From: Octopus bimaculoides | Taxonomy: Eukaryota | Direction of reading: 5' to 3' | NCBI RefSeq assembly: GCF_001194135.2 | Contig: NC_068984.1 | Location: 98,752,258-98,796,284 of the forward strand | DNA length: 44,027 bases | Shown here: piece after piece, positions 22,316-35,794 of the stretch | Layout of the letters: each line of letters begins with the position of its first letter | Position numbering within the stretch: position 1 is the first letter of the stretch | Made by a program: the position numbers and the translations under genes | Notes under the pieces: generated by a model | Told to the model about the DNA's origin: nothing | The model's input: only the letters and a program-made list of their open reading frames with translations | Databases searched by the model: none

Positions 22316-23978
22316 CTGTCTTCCCCATAAGACCAATGGTCAATACAGACTTAGTCAATTACTTACATAACATAGGCTTGCTTGATCAGGACTTACCAAG
22401 GGATAAACTACAACAGCCAATGTTAGAATCTCTACCACGGTTACTTAACCTGCTAAACACAGCAGCTAAATCTCTTTCATGTCATAACTTAACATCTTAA
22501 ACAAGCAAGAACGGCCGTTTAGAACCAGACACCGTATGTTTGCATTAAAGGTAGGCTGGTCATAGCTGAGAATAGGTCTGTTGGATCAGAGTTATCCTAG
22601 AGCAAAATAACAACAACAGCAACAATGCATCCCAACAAGGAAGAAGGGTACATTGACTCATGCAATCTTAGATGCATTATGTCAGAATAAAAAGACTGAC
22701 TTGTCACAGAGAAACAACTTTGATCATAGGTCTGCTGGATCAAGGCTGACCTGGGGCACAGGCATCAACAGTAACATTATAACCAATTCAACCATCACTG
22801 ACACAACACGCCACTGCATACTTCCCCCACCCCCACCCAACTGGGTCATTTGCTAATTTGGAAGAATGGTGAACAATGTATTCATTGTGAGATTTCGTTG
22901 TGTCCCTTTAACATTCTGCATTCTTTGTCTTTCATCCATCTGAGATTCATAAAATAATCATTATGGTTGCTGAAGTCAGAGCTCCAGTATGGCCACAGTC
23001 CAATGGACTAATAGACTTTTCCTTTCATTATCCTTTGCTGAGATCAATTAAGTAACTACTCTCTTTCTCACCCTCTAGCTCCCACTCTCTCACTCACTCT
23101 CTCCCTTGTTAACTGTATTGATGTAATTAGCAAGTAATTAACAATTAAATATGTCACCAGATCTTCCTCTTATTGAACACATGACCATGTTAAGTGTACA
23201 CGTCTCTCTTTCCCTCTCTTCTTCCCCTTTTTTCCCTTTCCCTCTTACCCTTTTTGTTTTCCTCTCTCCCTTTCTTTTCCCTTCTCTCTCATTAATTCTA
23301 TTAATGTAATTAGAGAAAAATAATTATGTCAACTTGAAAATAATTTAGTTTTTTCCCCCCACCCCAACATTATTTTGCCAATAAATTTCACATCTAATTT
23401 TTGTCTTATACAACGATATTTGTTCGTGTATTAGTGTGTATGTGTGTGTGTGTACGTGTATGTGTGCTGTGTGTGTGTGTACGCGTGTGTGTGTGCTCTG
23501 TGTTGTATGTGCTGGTGAGTGTGTATGTGTGTGTAGTGTACACACGTGTGTGTGTACATGTACAACATAGGTGTGTATATTCCTGTGTGTAGGAGTGTGT
23601 TTGTATGAATGTGTATAGTTACGCACATATGCACCACACACACACACATACAGTGAGAATAGCCTTAAGGAAACGTTCATAACTAAACTATTTACAATGT
23701 TTTTTTTTTTCAATGATTGGAAGATTTGTGGATGTAGTGCAGTGCTTCTTTTTTTTTTTTTTTTGATAGGGGACATGAAAAATTATTTTATTGTAGGATG
23801 ACATCTAGGAAATTTATTATCTTTAGATGGGCATCAATTGTTTATGTGTCATATGTAAGCACGTGTGTGTATGCCTATATGTACTCATGTGTGTGTGTGT
23901 GTGTGTATATACATATACAAATATATCTGTCTAAACATATATATATAGTGTGTGTGTGTGTGTGTATACGTACATACT

Positions 23979-24017
<39 letters not shown>

Positions 24018-25743
24018 ATAGATACTAACACATACAGCTGTATAACTATCAATACATACTAGTGTGTACGAATTGAATAAAAAGGTACACAATACAAAAG
24101 CAGAACAATAATAATTTATTATAGTTAAAATTTTCTGTTTTTCAGATGATTATAAGAGCCGTAAATAATCAACTTGATTTTTCACAAAAGCATTTGAAAA
24201 TAGTCCTTCATTTTCATTCATTAGTCAAAATAACAATAGTCAGCACATAAATGTTGTTAGGGGCCATGGATGTCCAAAGTTCAATGTATATGAGAGTGCA
24301 ATAAAAGGAAAATATTCCCGGTTATGTGTTTTAGAGATTTAAAACATATTATTTGTAGTCACTATGTCTATCATGCAAAAACTAAGGTGAGTAATTTTTT
24401 AAGATCATTATGCTATCCATTCAGTTTAATGTTATTTTTTAAGGAATTGAGATTTGTGCCAGTTAAAAATGAAATTAACTCTGACGTCCAGTTCTGCTTT
24501 ATCTATGTAATCTCCCTATCCTACAAGAAACTGGAGATTTTGATGAAAAGTACTTAATCCAGGATAAAAATCTTTAAAATATAACAAATACCTGAATTTC
24601 AAACAACTAAAATAATGACTCTGGTAAAAATAATTCTTTTCAAAAATTTCGTTTACTCACATTTTTATCCAACCATTCCAGAATTTTCATGTAGCTCCTA
24701 CTTTCATTCTTCTGTTGAGTAAGAGGAATTTTTCTTCATTTTGAAGTATTATTATTACCATTCTCTAAAAAAAAATATTTTCTTGATTCCTTTTCTTACA
24801 TTTCCATTTTACCTCAGCATCTCCATAAATTTTTACCTGTTGTCATGTCTTACCAAAACAAGTTGAATGGTTACTCATAAGTGTTTTTACATATATTTAC
24901 AAGATATTGATTCTTAGGCAGCAACATCCTAATTAAATCATTAATATGTATAAATGATAATATAAAAATCATTAATAAATGATTTCACCAACAACAAATC
25001 TATTTCAACTGTGGCTCCATGTGGCTTAGGATTGAGCAAGAAGTGCAAATATGTGCATTAATAGACTTTAAGAGTTATGAATGTTTCATATATACACTTA
25101 CCCTTTTTAAAATACTTCTTGCTACTAATCAAAACCAGGATAAAAGTTAAATGCATCAAGATATATTTCTTTATTCATTGTGAGACAGAATGAATTTTTC
25201 CTCTCAGATAAGCAAAGCTAACAATTATTCCTCTATTGGTTGTAGTCCCTTGCAAACTCAGCAATTTATTATTTTATATGAAAATTTAAGTTCTTGATTT
25301 TAATCCCCAAATATATATATTGAAAAAATCCAATATATTTGGTCAAAGCCACTTGAGCTTAAATTTACATAAATTCCTTGCACACTTTTCCCATTCTTAA
25401 AATTATTCTTGCTGTCAAGCAAAAACAGGGTCAAAATCATGAAAACATTTGTCTTAACTCTATAATCTATCTGTCTATCTAGATCATTGTATATTTATAT
25501 TCATATACCTAAAACTATATGGATATAAATAAATAAATGAAAGAGAGACATTCTATGTTTTTAATATAAAAACTCTTATTTATATCATTTATAGATGATA
25601 TTACACAAACATAACTAGAGATATATTTGGTGAAGAAAAATGTAGCCTTTGATACTGCTTCAGAAATGTTTTAAAAATTCAGCAATTTGTTGACAAAGTA
25701 GTGTGCAAATGGGTTGGCATATAAATGAAAGGCTTGGCAAAAT

Positions 25744-26470
25744 GCTAGAATAAGAATAAGCTGGGCAAAGTTCAGAGAGCTCCTACCTTTGGTGGTAACT
25801 AAGTGCATCTCCGTCAGAGTGAAAGGCAGATTGTATGGTACCTTTGTGCTACATGGTAGTGAAACATGGGCTGTAATCATCAAGGATATGCATAGGCTTG
25901 AAAGAAATGAAGCTAGCATGCTTTGCTGGATTTGCAATGTCAATATACAATGGAGTGTAAGCATCTTGAGAGAAAAGTTGGGGATAAGAGGCATCAAATG
26001 TGGTGTGCAAGAGAGACATGTGCATTGGTATGGGCATGTGATGTATATGGACAAGGACAGCTGTGTGAAGAAGTGCTGGTTTCTCACTATGGCGGAAACC
26101 TGTTGAAGGGGCAGATCCAGAAAGTCATGGGGTGAGGTAGTGAAGCATAATCACTGAATGCTGGGCTTCATGGATGCAATGACAAGTGATTGTGATCTTT
26201 CCCAATATGCCATGCTTGAGAAGATCCATCAAGGCAAGTGAAATTGTAGTCATGGCCAATGCTGGTGTCACATAACTGGCACCCATGCCAGTGGCATGTA
26301 AAATGCACCCATTACATTCTTGGAGTGGTTGGTGTTAGGAAGGGCATCCAGCTGTAGAAACCAAGCCAAATCAGATTGGAACCTAGTGTAGCCCTACAAC
26401 TTACCAGTTTCAGTGAAACCATCTAACCCATGCCAGTGTAGAAAACAGACACTACATGATGATGATGATG
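25744..26470 (+). mobile_element. RTE-clade LINE 3' fragment
   Basis: RIR..WAKFRELLPL..VKGRLY..LHGSETWAV..LERNEASML.WIC translation, then a 3' UTR ending in (GAT)n. Confidence 0.92.
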
Positions 26471-26495
26471 GTTTTATTTTCCTTTACCTTTCATG

Positions 26496-26535
<40 letters not shown>

Positions 26536-26536
<1 letters not shown>

Positions 26537-26718
26537 AATGTACTGTTCTGTGATAGGAAATTCAGCAAAAATAAATGTACTCCATCTGGTGAGAGATAAA
26601 TATTATTTATTTAAAATACACAGTACATGTCTTTAAGTGCTACTAATAATTTCATATGTTGAGAAATATCTCAAACATATTCTTCAGGCACAAACTATAT
26701 ATCATAACGAACTAAAAA
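26536..26718 (-). mobile_element. Short non-coding HHR-bearing element (PLE pLTR/retrozyme-like)
   Basis: Homologous to 39969-40170 (shared ATAATGTACTGTTCT, CATCTGGTGAGAGATAAATATTATTTA, GTGCTACTAATA). Flanked by (CTAT)n and (TA)n. Confidence 0.72.
26637..26691 (-). ncRNA. Near-intact type-I hammerhead ribozyme
   Basis: GUGC-CUGAAGA-AUAUGUUUGAGA(UAUU)UCUCAACAUAU-GAAA-UUAUUAG-UA-GCAC. Stem I 4 bp, stem II 11 bp with one bulge, GUA triplet. Predicted cut between 26641 and 26640. Confidence 0.85.
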
Positions 26719-27514
26719 TGTGTATATATACATACATATATATATATATATTTCCATGCTGTATGTTATAGAAAACTTCAGTAACCCTTTTTCAATTCAA
26801 TTCTCTCTCACTTTAACACTCATTATGATTATCATCATTGTTATTCGTTCATTTATTTATCTAGTTTTGTCACAGAGTTTTGCTTACTCCGTACTGTATG
26901 TTATAGTTAAAGCTATAGTTAAATTCTGCTTCACTCTATAGCGCACTTTATAATTATTATTGCTATTCATTTAGCGATATGTTATAGCGAAGTTAAGAAA
27001 TCTAATTGTTCAATTCTGTTTACAATTGCTCTAAATCTCGAAAATTCCATCTCTTCTTGTTTTGTTTTGTTTTGTTTTGTTACCTGCTATCTTATCATTC
27101 AAATGACCCATTATTTCTTCGACCAGCCCTAATTCTGAAAATTTCACTGCTCTCCCTGTCTCTCAGTTTTGTTAATCACTTCCTTTTCCCATGTTGAGTG
27201 TTTATTAGTAGCTTGCTTTGTCTGTAGCTATCCCACATCGGCTTTTGCTAGGGAATAGGCCACAGTGCTTTGCTGTTCGTGGTGTGCCCTCCCATACCAG
27301 CCTGTCACTTATACTAGAAGTCTTTCTTCTCTGACCTTATCTGAATGCCTTTCTCCTGAGCACCTGTAATGGTTACTATATGGAACGCTTTCCCTCTCCC
27401 TTTCTCCTCCATCCATATCTAGTGTATATCTTCTGCTGAACGTAGTGGTTATGAAGTGAATATAATGGTGGTGAAGTGTATGCAGGTTGAAGCGTTTTTG
27501 TATGTTTATGAGAT

Positions 27515-29444
27515 CTGCCAAATGCACATGCATGCTTTCTTTTCAGATGCACAATGCTACTGTCCCCCATCCCAGGTCTCGCCGGCCCACACCTTCTACA
27601 CCCTCAGAGTAGACACACTTAATACTGGTACATTGAAAGATAAGTCTGGTGAGATTGTCAAGATGCTTGAACGGAGATGTGTAAATTTGTGCAGCATCAA
27701 AGAAGTAAGGTGGAGAGGAACTTCTGCTAGAACATAGGTATAAGATTTTCTGGGTAGGGAACACTAATGGGGTTGGGGACATGGGTATATTCCTTGCGGT
27801 GAAATGGGTTGATTAGGTAAATGAGGTAGTCAGGGTCTGTGATAGAATACTTAAGCTTAGACTAGTGCTGCAACATGGGTCAGCAACTTTATCTTGGCCT
27901 ATGCCCCTCAGCCAGGGCTACCTGAGGGATAGAAAGATCGATTTTACGTCACCTTTTGCAGACTACCTTGTCGACGAATGACAAGGACCTTCTCTTTGTG
28001 GCTGGTGACTTTAATGACTTCAACAGGCATGTTCGATATCATCCAGAGATCATTCATGGTTTACATGATGGCAACGGATTTGATTCCTGCAATGAGGAAG
28101 GGAAACCAGGCTGGTGGAGTTCTGTGGTACACCCCACAACATTGGTTAGTAGTTAGTGACTTCAGGATCAGCGTTAAATGGCTGTCCAGAAAACGACCAG
28201 TATGGAAAAGAAGGGTCTGGAAGCTTAAGGATTCTCTGAATGGACAGAGATTTAGTGACGTATTACTTGAAGTGTTTTGAATTGCAAGACAGTGTGTGAG
28301 AGAAAATCGCGATGTCATAGGAGAGAAATGTGTCTGCATGGATGATGGCTTACTTGCATTTAATGATGCTGCAAAGAGAGAGAGAGAGAGAGTTGGAGAT
28401 GCCACTATGAAAGGTTGCTAAATGAAGAGAATGAATGGGAGAAATAGAGTCTGCCACATGTTGACCCAACAGAGGGACCAGTTATTCGAATTGACTGTAC
28501 CTTGGTAGATAAAGCAATTAAGGGTATGAAGACAGGGAAAGCCCCTGGCCCATCAGGGATCACTGCTGAGATGCTTAAAATATCTGGCAGTGTAGGCTAT
28601 ATTCAAGTTACCTGTATAGTTAACCAAGTGATATACGAAGGAGTCATACCCAATAACTGGTGTAGCAGCACCGTAGTCAACTACTACAAAGGTAAAGGTG
28701 ACACAGTAGATAGAATTAATTAAAGAGGTATCAAATTATTGGGTCAGGTGATGAAAGTCACAGAGAGGGTCATAGCCCAACTAATTAGGGAGAGAGTTAG
28801 TTTAGATGAGAGGCAGTTTGGGGTTGTGCCAGGGAGAAGCACCACTGATGCTATATTTCTGGTAAGATAGCTGCAGGAGAAATTCCTAGCCAAAGATAAA
28901 CCTCTGTACTTGGCTTTTGTTGACATGGAGAAAGCTTTTGACAGGATTACTCAATCTCTTATCTGGTGGTCAATATGGAAACAATGGATAGATGAATGGT
29001 TGGTGAGAGCTGTACAAGCCATGTACAGGGATGCAGTAAGTAAGGTGAGGGTTGGTAATGAGTATAGTGAAGAATTCCAGGTAGAAGTAGGGGTTCATCG
29101 AGTATCAATCCTCAGCCCTCTCTTATTCATTATAGTCCTCCAGACAATAACAGAAGAATTCAAGACAGGAGGCCCCTAGGAGCTCCTCTATGCTAATAAC
29201 CTTTCTCTAATAGCTGAGTCACTAACAGAACTAGAAAAGAAGTTTCAGGTGTGGAAGCAAGATTTTGAATCACAGGGTCTTAATGTCAACCTAGCAAAAA
29301 CCAAAGTCTTAGTAAGTAGGAAGGCAGACCTTGCCAAATCAGATCAGAGCCTGGTGCAGCCTTCCAGCTGACCAGTCCTCAGTGAAACCGTCCAAACCAT
29401 GCTGGCAAGGAAAGCAGATATTAAACGACAATGTTGATGATGAT
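27515..29444 (+). mobile_element. Decayed, internally deleted RTE LINE (APE endonuclease plus RT)
   Basis: TLRVDTLNTGTLK..EVRWRG and VAGDFN (APE); MKTGKAPGPSG, QFGVVPGRSTTDAIF, AFVDMEKAFDR (RT); YADD mutated to YANN at 29189-29200. Many stops and frameshifts; RTE 3' tail. Confidence 0.95.
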
Positions 29445-29854
29445 ATATATATGTATGTATGTATGTATATGAGGGAGTACCCAAAAGAAACTGGAATTTT
29501 AAAATTTTATTTTATTCACTAAGTTTTACATATTTGCACTATTATTACCAACGAATGCCTTGTGAGTGGATTTGGTAGATGGAAACTGAGAGAAGCCTGT
29601 CATAATATATTATGTATATGACTACATTAATTGTAGTCATATTTGTTTGACTAAAACCCTTCAAGGTGGTGCTCTGGCACGGCTGCCGTCTAATGACTGA
29701 AACAGTTAAAAGAATAAAAGAATGTAACGGATTTCCTATAACAAATTCTTCAGACAGAGAATTAAGGAGAAAACAGCTGGGATTTACTCTAACTACCTAT
29801 ATAATATGTATGTATGTATTTATGTGTGTGCATGCATATGAATGTGTATACATC

Positions 29855-29902
<48 letters not shown>

Positions 29903-30059
29903 NNNNNNNNNNNNNNNNNNNNNNNNNNNNNNNNNNNNNNNNNNNNNNNNNNNNNNNNNNNNNNNNNNNNNNNNNNNNNNNNNNNNNNNNNNNNNNNNNN
30001 NNNNNNNNNNNNNNNNNNNNNNNNNNNNNNNNNATATATAAATATATAGTACACAAATA

Positions 30060-31770
30060 AGCTCCAAAATAACATTACATACAAAAATAATAATATAAAC
30101 CTACACACAGGTATGAATAAAACTAAAGTGCCCCAAACAAACAATATGGACCCTGTTAATAACAAGAAAATGATGCTATCTAGTCCACATAAACCCTACG
30201 CAAGCAACACCAATAGAGCAGACAAAAGTAACAGGAAAGTGAAACCTAACTATGCAAATAAGCAAGACAGCCATAACCATAACTTCACACGACTCACAAA
30301 CAAGGAGGATAGCTTCTATACTAGAAAAAAACAACACAAAAAAATAAACAAAATAGTGATAAAATTTGGCTCGTAATCCTCGACACCATGTACCTCAAAT
30401 CAAATATAGTTCACTCATTAATGAAAATCATAGATAAACACCTAAACGTTAATAATAAATACACAGAAATATTTAGGAATAAAATTAGAGTAGGTCACAG
30501 CCTGACCAATAACTTAGCTACAATCATAGCCTCAATAAATAATAAAAAACTAGACAAATTCTAAGAAACTAGAAAAATTGTAACTAGAAAAAAAGTAGAG
30601 CCTCCTACTAACACAGATATAGACCTGGACTGTAATAGCCTCCCCGCATGACATAACACGAACACAGATATACCTAATAATTCATGTGGCTGCAGGGATA
30701 GAACAAAATGCTATTTCTCAAATAGATATAAGACAAATAACGTAGTTTACCAATGAGACGTGCATACAAATAGCCAAATAAAAATCATATATAGGTGCCA
30801 CTAAAAACCAAATGATTCTTAGATATAACGCACACCAATCTAGCTTTAGGAATAAGAATAAAGCTAATTCAACTGGGCTCAGTAGATATATTTGAGAACT
30901 TAAGGATAAAAAAATAGATTATAGATTAAACTGGCGTATATTCGCAAAAGCAACCTCGTACAACACCGCCAATACACGCTGTGATCTTTGTTTATCAGAA
31001 CGCCTAGCTATCCTAACGGCTAAACAACTCCTTCTCAATAGAAAATTTGAGAACAAACTTTTTTTGTCTTCATGTAGGCCTCTGTGCCTTTTCAAAGTAT
31101 CGGTAAAATAGTAGGACCCTCTACAAATCCCACACTACCATATTCGTCTATATAGGTCTAATTAGCTGGGAGCCACCTTAAACACTTACACATAAACAGT
31201 CACCCCACCAACCCAGCTTGTCCTCCACATTCCATAATAATTTACTTTACACCTACATAGGGCTCCTTTTATCACTATGAACTTCCTAAACTTTAGCCAT
31301 TATATAATTTTAAACCACCCTCCCTAGTGTAAATAATCTGGTTTGAGTTAACTCCCTTTTCACCTTAAGTTTGAGTTATCACCGCCGGTGACTAAAACTC
31401 AACACTGATTAAAACCAATTTAATATACACGTGTGCAAAAAATGTTCTTAGTCAAACTCGGGATTCCACACCAAAATAATATACACCCCACTTTAATTAC
31501 CCAATGGAACCATAAACTAACCAATCTACTACAATGAAATTCACTTACCAGCTGAATAATCAACTTAAGAACATAATATAATGTAAGACTAACAAAGTTT
31601 GACTTTATTACCATTACTGATGTATCAATTTATTTTTCGCATACTGAAGATATTTAATAAAACTAGTAAATTGAAATGATCGTAAATGCTACTTTCTTCT
31701 TTGTTAATTAATTAAATTAAAGGCATACCAGTAAAAAGGATGAGTTTCTTCTTGTTATTTACATTCATTT
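30060..31770 (+). mobile_element. Decayed Penelope-like element (thumb/linker plus GIY-YIG endonuclease plus 3' region)
   Basis: KIIDKHL..IFRNKIRVGHS, CGCRDRTKC..NVVYQ, KSYIGATKNQMILRYNAH, and YNTANTRCDLCLSERLAIL..LLNRK. Broken frames; the 5' part is lost in the gap. Confidence 0.88.
31639..31689 (+). ncRNA. Type-I hammerhead in the 3' region of the PLE
   Basis: GCAUA-CUGAAGA-UAUUU..AAAUU-GAAA-UGAUCG-UA-AAUGC. Core intact, GUA triplet, near-palindromic stem III. Mismatches at the first pairs of stems I and II. Confidence 0.65.
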
Positions 31771-31789
31771 TTTTCTCGTATATATATAT

Positions 31790-31985
31790 ATATTTCGTTT
31801 TTGGATTTGGTTTGCAAGATTTTTTATGCGATTTCGTGTGTTGAAGCATATTCTGTTGTGTCTGGGGAGAGTCATTTTCTTATTGTGCCTTAAAATTTAA
31901 CACACTCACCGTTAAAATTTCCACTTATTTCCTATTTTTTATTTTCCTAAAATTTTCGTCGCGTCTTGCAACCTTTTCAATAGTC
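31790..31985. repeat. Probable interspersed repeat fragment, followed by TG-rich low complexity to about 32460
   Basis: Non-coding block after (TA)n ending TTGCAACCTTTTCAATAGTCTTGACT. I recall it as a common octopus repeat; not verifiable here. Confidence 0.4.
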
Positions 31986-32529
31986 TTGACTCTGTCCGTT
32001 ATTTACGCTGCATTCTGTTTTTGTTTTTGTTTGTTTTTGCGCATGTGTGTGTCTCAGTGTGTATATATGCATGCATGCATGTATGTGTGCATGTGTGTGT
32101 ATGTATGCCTATGTGTGTGTGCATATGTATGTATGTGTGTATTCTGCATTTGTGTTTTTTTTTATGTATGTGTGTGTATATGTATGTATTTACCTCTGTT
32201 TCCTTGTGTGTGCATGTCTGAGTGTGTGTGTGTTTTGCTGCTATGTACCATGTTTGTATGTATGGGTGCACATCTTCATATGTGTGGACAAGTGTGTGTG
32301 TATATGTGGCCATGTGTTTCAGTCTCTATTTGCGTATGTGGTTGTCTGTTCATATACCCTATGTACCTACCCGTCTGTATGTAGACCTGTTGGTTTACAT
32401 ATACATACATGTGCATGCACACACACACACATACACCCACACTCACAGACATACATACATCTATCTGCATAAAAGCCCATCAACTGTTCTACTTTACCTG
32501 TGTAAAATGTGGGCATGGAGGTATGATAT

Positions 32530-33925
32530 CTATGTGTATTTCCTATTTAGTATTGGGGAAGTTTCATTTATAAGGACGTACTCCCGTATTTGTCTTAGAG
32601 TTGGGTCTTTTGGGTGCTTGGATAAGATGCGGATGTCAAGTTGACCCAAGTTGCCTCCCTGCTGGTCTTTGGCATGTTGATAGAGTATGGAGGACTGTTT
32701 TTTGTCGTCATATTGTCTCATATGTTCGTTTAGCCGTTCCGCGATGCTCCTAGATGTTTCACCTATATATGTCATATTCAGATCTTTACAAGCACCTTCC
32801 ATGCATTTTATGCTGTAAACTACATTTCTATTTCTGTGGTTAATGCCAGGACTAATCCTACATACCATGCAGTTATCATTGGTACATATGGTATTCTCAA
32901 AGGGGTACGTCCTACATAGTTGTGATCTGATGGAGTTCCCTGGCTTTTCAACAATCTTAATGTTGAGTTTGGACTCCTTCAGAGCTTTTCTAAACCTACG
33001 CGCTAGTCCTCCGTGGGCTGTGGCCTCTACAAACATCACTCCTTGATATCTATCGGTTTTATATCACGTGTTCGCCTTGTTGGCTTTGTCACAAATTCTT
33101 TGTATCCTATTCCATTCTTTGTTTCTATATCTAGGGCAAGTACCACTGGTATCATTACTTATAATCTTATCTAACTTCTTTCTAGCTCCCCTGTATACTC
33201 GAACCCTATCTTTCTGATCATATCCAGAGAACTGCATGCGGTGCATGAAGTTCTGTATATGTTTTTTCGTTTCATAGGGTTCGCATAGTGGGGAGATGTT
33301 GTTCATTATGCTAANNNNNNNNNNNNNNNNNNNNNNNNNNNNNNNNNNNNNNNNNNNNNNNNNNNNNNNNNNNNNNNNNNNNNNNNNNNNNNNNNNNNNN
33401 NNNNNNNNNNNNNNNNNNNNNNNNNNNNNNNNNNNNNNNNNNNNNNNNNNNNNNNNNNNNNNNNNNNNNNNNNNNNNNNNNNNNNNNNNNNNNNNNNNNN
33501 NNNNNAAAGAGGCCGGCCACATCTCCAGCTACACCAACGCCAATGGCTGCACCTTGAACCTGCATGTATAGTTTTTTGTTGAACTTTACTATGTGGTTCT
33601 TCAAGGTGGTTTTTATACTGGCCCCTATTGCATGAGCAATCATTTCCTTTACCTGATTGTTGTTCTCAGGGTTTTGGGTGGGTGCAGTCCAGCCACTCCA
33701 GCGTTCAGTGGCGCTTTTTTTCACTGCTGAAGTGATGGTGGGTGGTCTTCCCCTCTGTGGCCTAGTGGGGCAGAATCTACTGAGGTCATGGTCATCTAAA
33801 TAGTTACTGTCGTAGCTTAGTCTGAGGAGGAGGCCCAGTTCCCTCGTGTTGACCTTGTGGAACTCCACTTCACTCGCACAGATCACCTGAATGCATATCT
33901 CCACAGCAAAATCTATGTCTATAGA
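32530..33925 (-). mobile_element. 5'-truncated Penelope-like element (RT plus GIY-YIG), Cys-rich linker as in Neptune-type PLEs
   Basis: RT: YLSIDIDFAVE, KFNKKLYMQVQGAAIGVGVAG. Linker CTNDNCMVC. Endonuclease: NVVYSIKC..YIGETSRSIAERLNEH..RQIREYVLI..PILN. Interrupted by the gap and truncated at (CA)n. Confidence 0.93.
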
Positions 33926-33932
33926 TAGGTAT

Positions 33933-34003
<71 letters not shown>

Positions 34004-35794
34004 AATAACTATAGGGGTATCAAATTATTGGATCAGATGATGGAAGTTACAGAGAGGGTCATAGCCCAACTAATTAGGGACAGAGTTAGCCTAGATGAGA
34101 TGCAGTTTGGTTTTGTGCCAGGTAGAAGTACCACTGATGCTTTATTTCTGGTATGGCAACTGCAGGAGATATATCTAGCAAAAAATAAACCTTTGTACTT
34201 GGCTTTCGTTGACATGGAGAAAGCCTTTGACAGGGTCCCCCAATCCCTTATCTGGTTAATGCAGAAACTGGGGATAGATGAGTGGTTGGTAAGAGCTGTA
34301 CAAGCCATGTAGAAGTAGGGGATCACCAAGGATCAGTCCTCAGCCCTCTCTTATTATAGTCCTCCAGGCAATAACAGAGAAATTCAAGACAGGTTGCCCC
34401 TGGGAGCTCCTCTATGCTGATGACCTTGCTCTTATAGCTGAGTCACTGCCAGAACTAGACACGAAGTTTAGGGTGTGGAAGCAAGGTCTAGAATTGAAGG
34501 GCTTTATGGTTAACTTAGCAAAAACCAAAGTCTTAGTAAGTAGGAAGGCTGTCAAATCACAAACTCCTTCAGGTAGATGGCCCTGCTCAATCTGTAGAAA
34601 AGGCATGGATAGAAACTCCATACGATGTACCCAGCATAAGCTATGGACACATAAGAGGTGCAGCAATATCAAAGGAAGGTTAACCAGGAAGATAGTCTTG
34701 TGTGTGGCAGATGCACAGGGGAAATAAATACTGAAGATGTACAGAAAACAGATTCCATCACATGTCAGGGGGAGAAACTAGAAGTAGTTAATAATTCTGC
34801 TACCTAGGCGACCAAGTCTGTAGTGGGGGTGGCTGCTCTGAGAGTGTAGCGGCTAGAATAAGAATCGCCTGGGCAAAGTTCAGCGAGCTCCTACCTCTGC
34901 TGGCAACTAAGGGCCTCTCGCTCAGGATGAAAGATAGACTGTATGATGCATGTGTGTGAACTACCATGCTATACGGCAGTGAAGCATGGGTCATGACTAC
35001 TGGGGACATGCATACGCTTGAAAGAAATGAAGCTAGTATGATCCGCTGGATGTGTAATGTCAGTGTGCATACCCGACAGAGTGTAAGCACCCTGAGAGAA
35101 AAGGTGGGCACAATAAGCATCAAATGTGGTGTGCAAGAGAGATGACTGCACTGGTATGGTCATGTGTTACGTATGGATGAGGACAGCTGTGTGTGGAAGA
35201 GCCTCTCCCTAACTGTGGCAGGAACCTGTGGAAGAGGTAGACCCAGGAAGACATGGAATGAGGTGGTGAAGCATGACCTTTGAACATTGGGCCTCACAGA
35301 GGTGATGGACAGGAGATCGAGACCTGTGGAGATATGCTATGACTGAGAAGACCCAGTAACTAAAGTGAGATCACAGCCATGCATGCCTGGCCCATTTAAG
35401 AGTACCCCTGATGCATTGGACAATATGATATGCTTGAGAAGACCTATTGAGTCAAGTAAAACCAATATCATAGCTCCCAAGCCAGTGGCATGTAAAAAGC
35501 ATTATCTGAATGTGATTGATGCCAGGACTGGTTGACTGGCCCCCGTGCTGGTGGCAAGTAAAAAGCACTATACAAACGTGATTGATGCCTGGCCTGCCTG
35601 ACTGGCTCCTGTGCCGGTGGCATGTAAAACGTAACCACTTCATTCTTGGAATGGTTGGCATTAGAAAGGGCATCCAGCTGTAAAAACATTGCCTGATCAG
35701 ATTGGAGCATGGTGCAGCCACTGGCTCTCCAGACCTCAGTCAAATCGTCCAACCCATGCCAGCATGGAAAGTGGACATTAAACGATGATGATGA

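Noticed and set aside
24335-24386. Candidate exon with strong AAG|GTGAGT donor
   Set aside because: The peptide DLKHIICSHYVYHAKTK has no kinesin similarity; unsupported without transcripts.
26581-26612. CTGGTGA plus hairpin (also at 40021) as a plus-strand HHR
   Set aside because: The core does not match and no GAAA follows; it is the antisense of the element's 3' region.
32474-32515. GCCCA/TGGGC-closed hairpin just after the minus-strand PLE ORF as its HHR
   Set aside because: The position is suggestive, but CUGANGA and a full GAAA are absent.
35485-35630. Repeat-spacer-like pattern resembling a CRISPR array
   Set aside because: Diverged ~68-bp tandem units of the RTE 3' UTR in a eukaryotic context; no unique spacers or cas genes.
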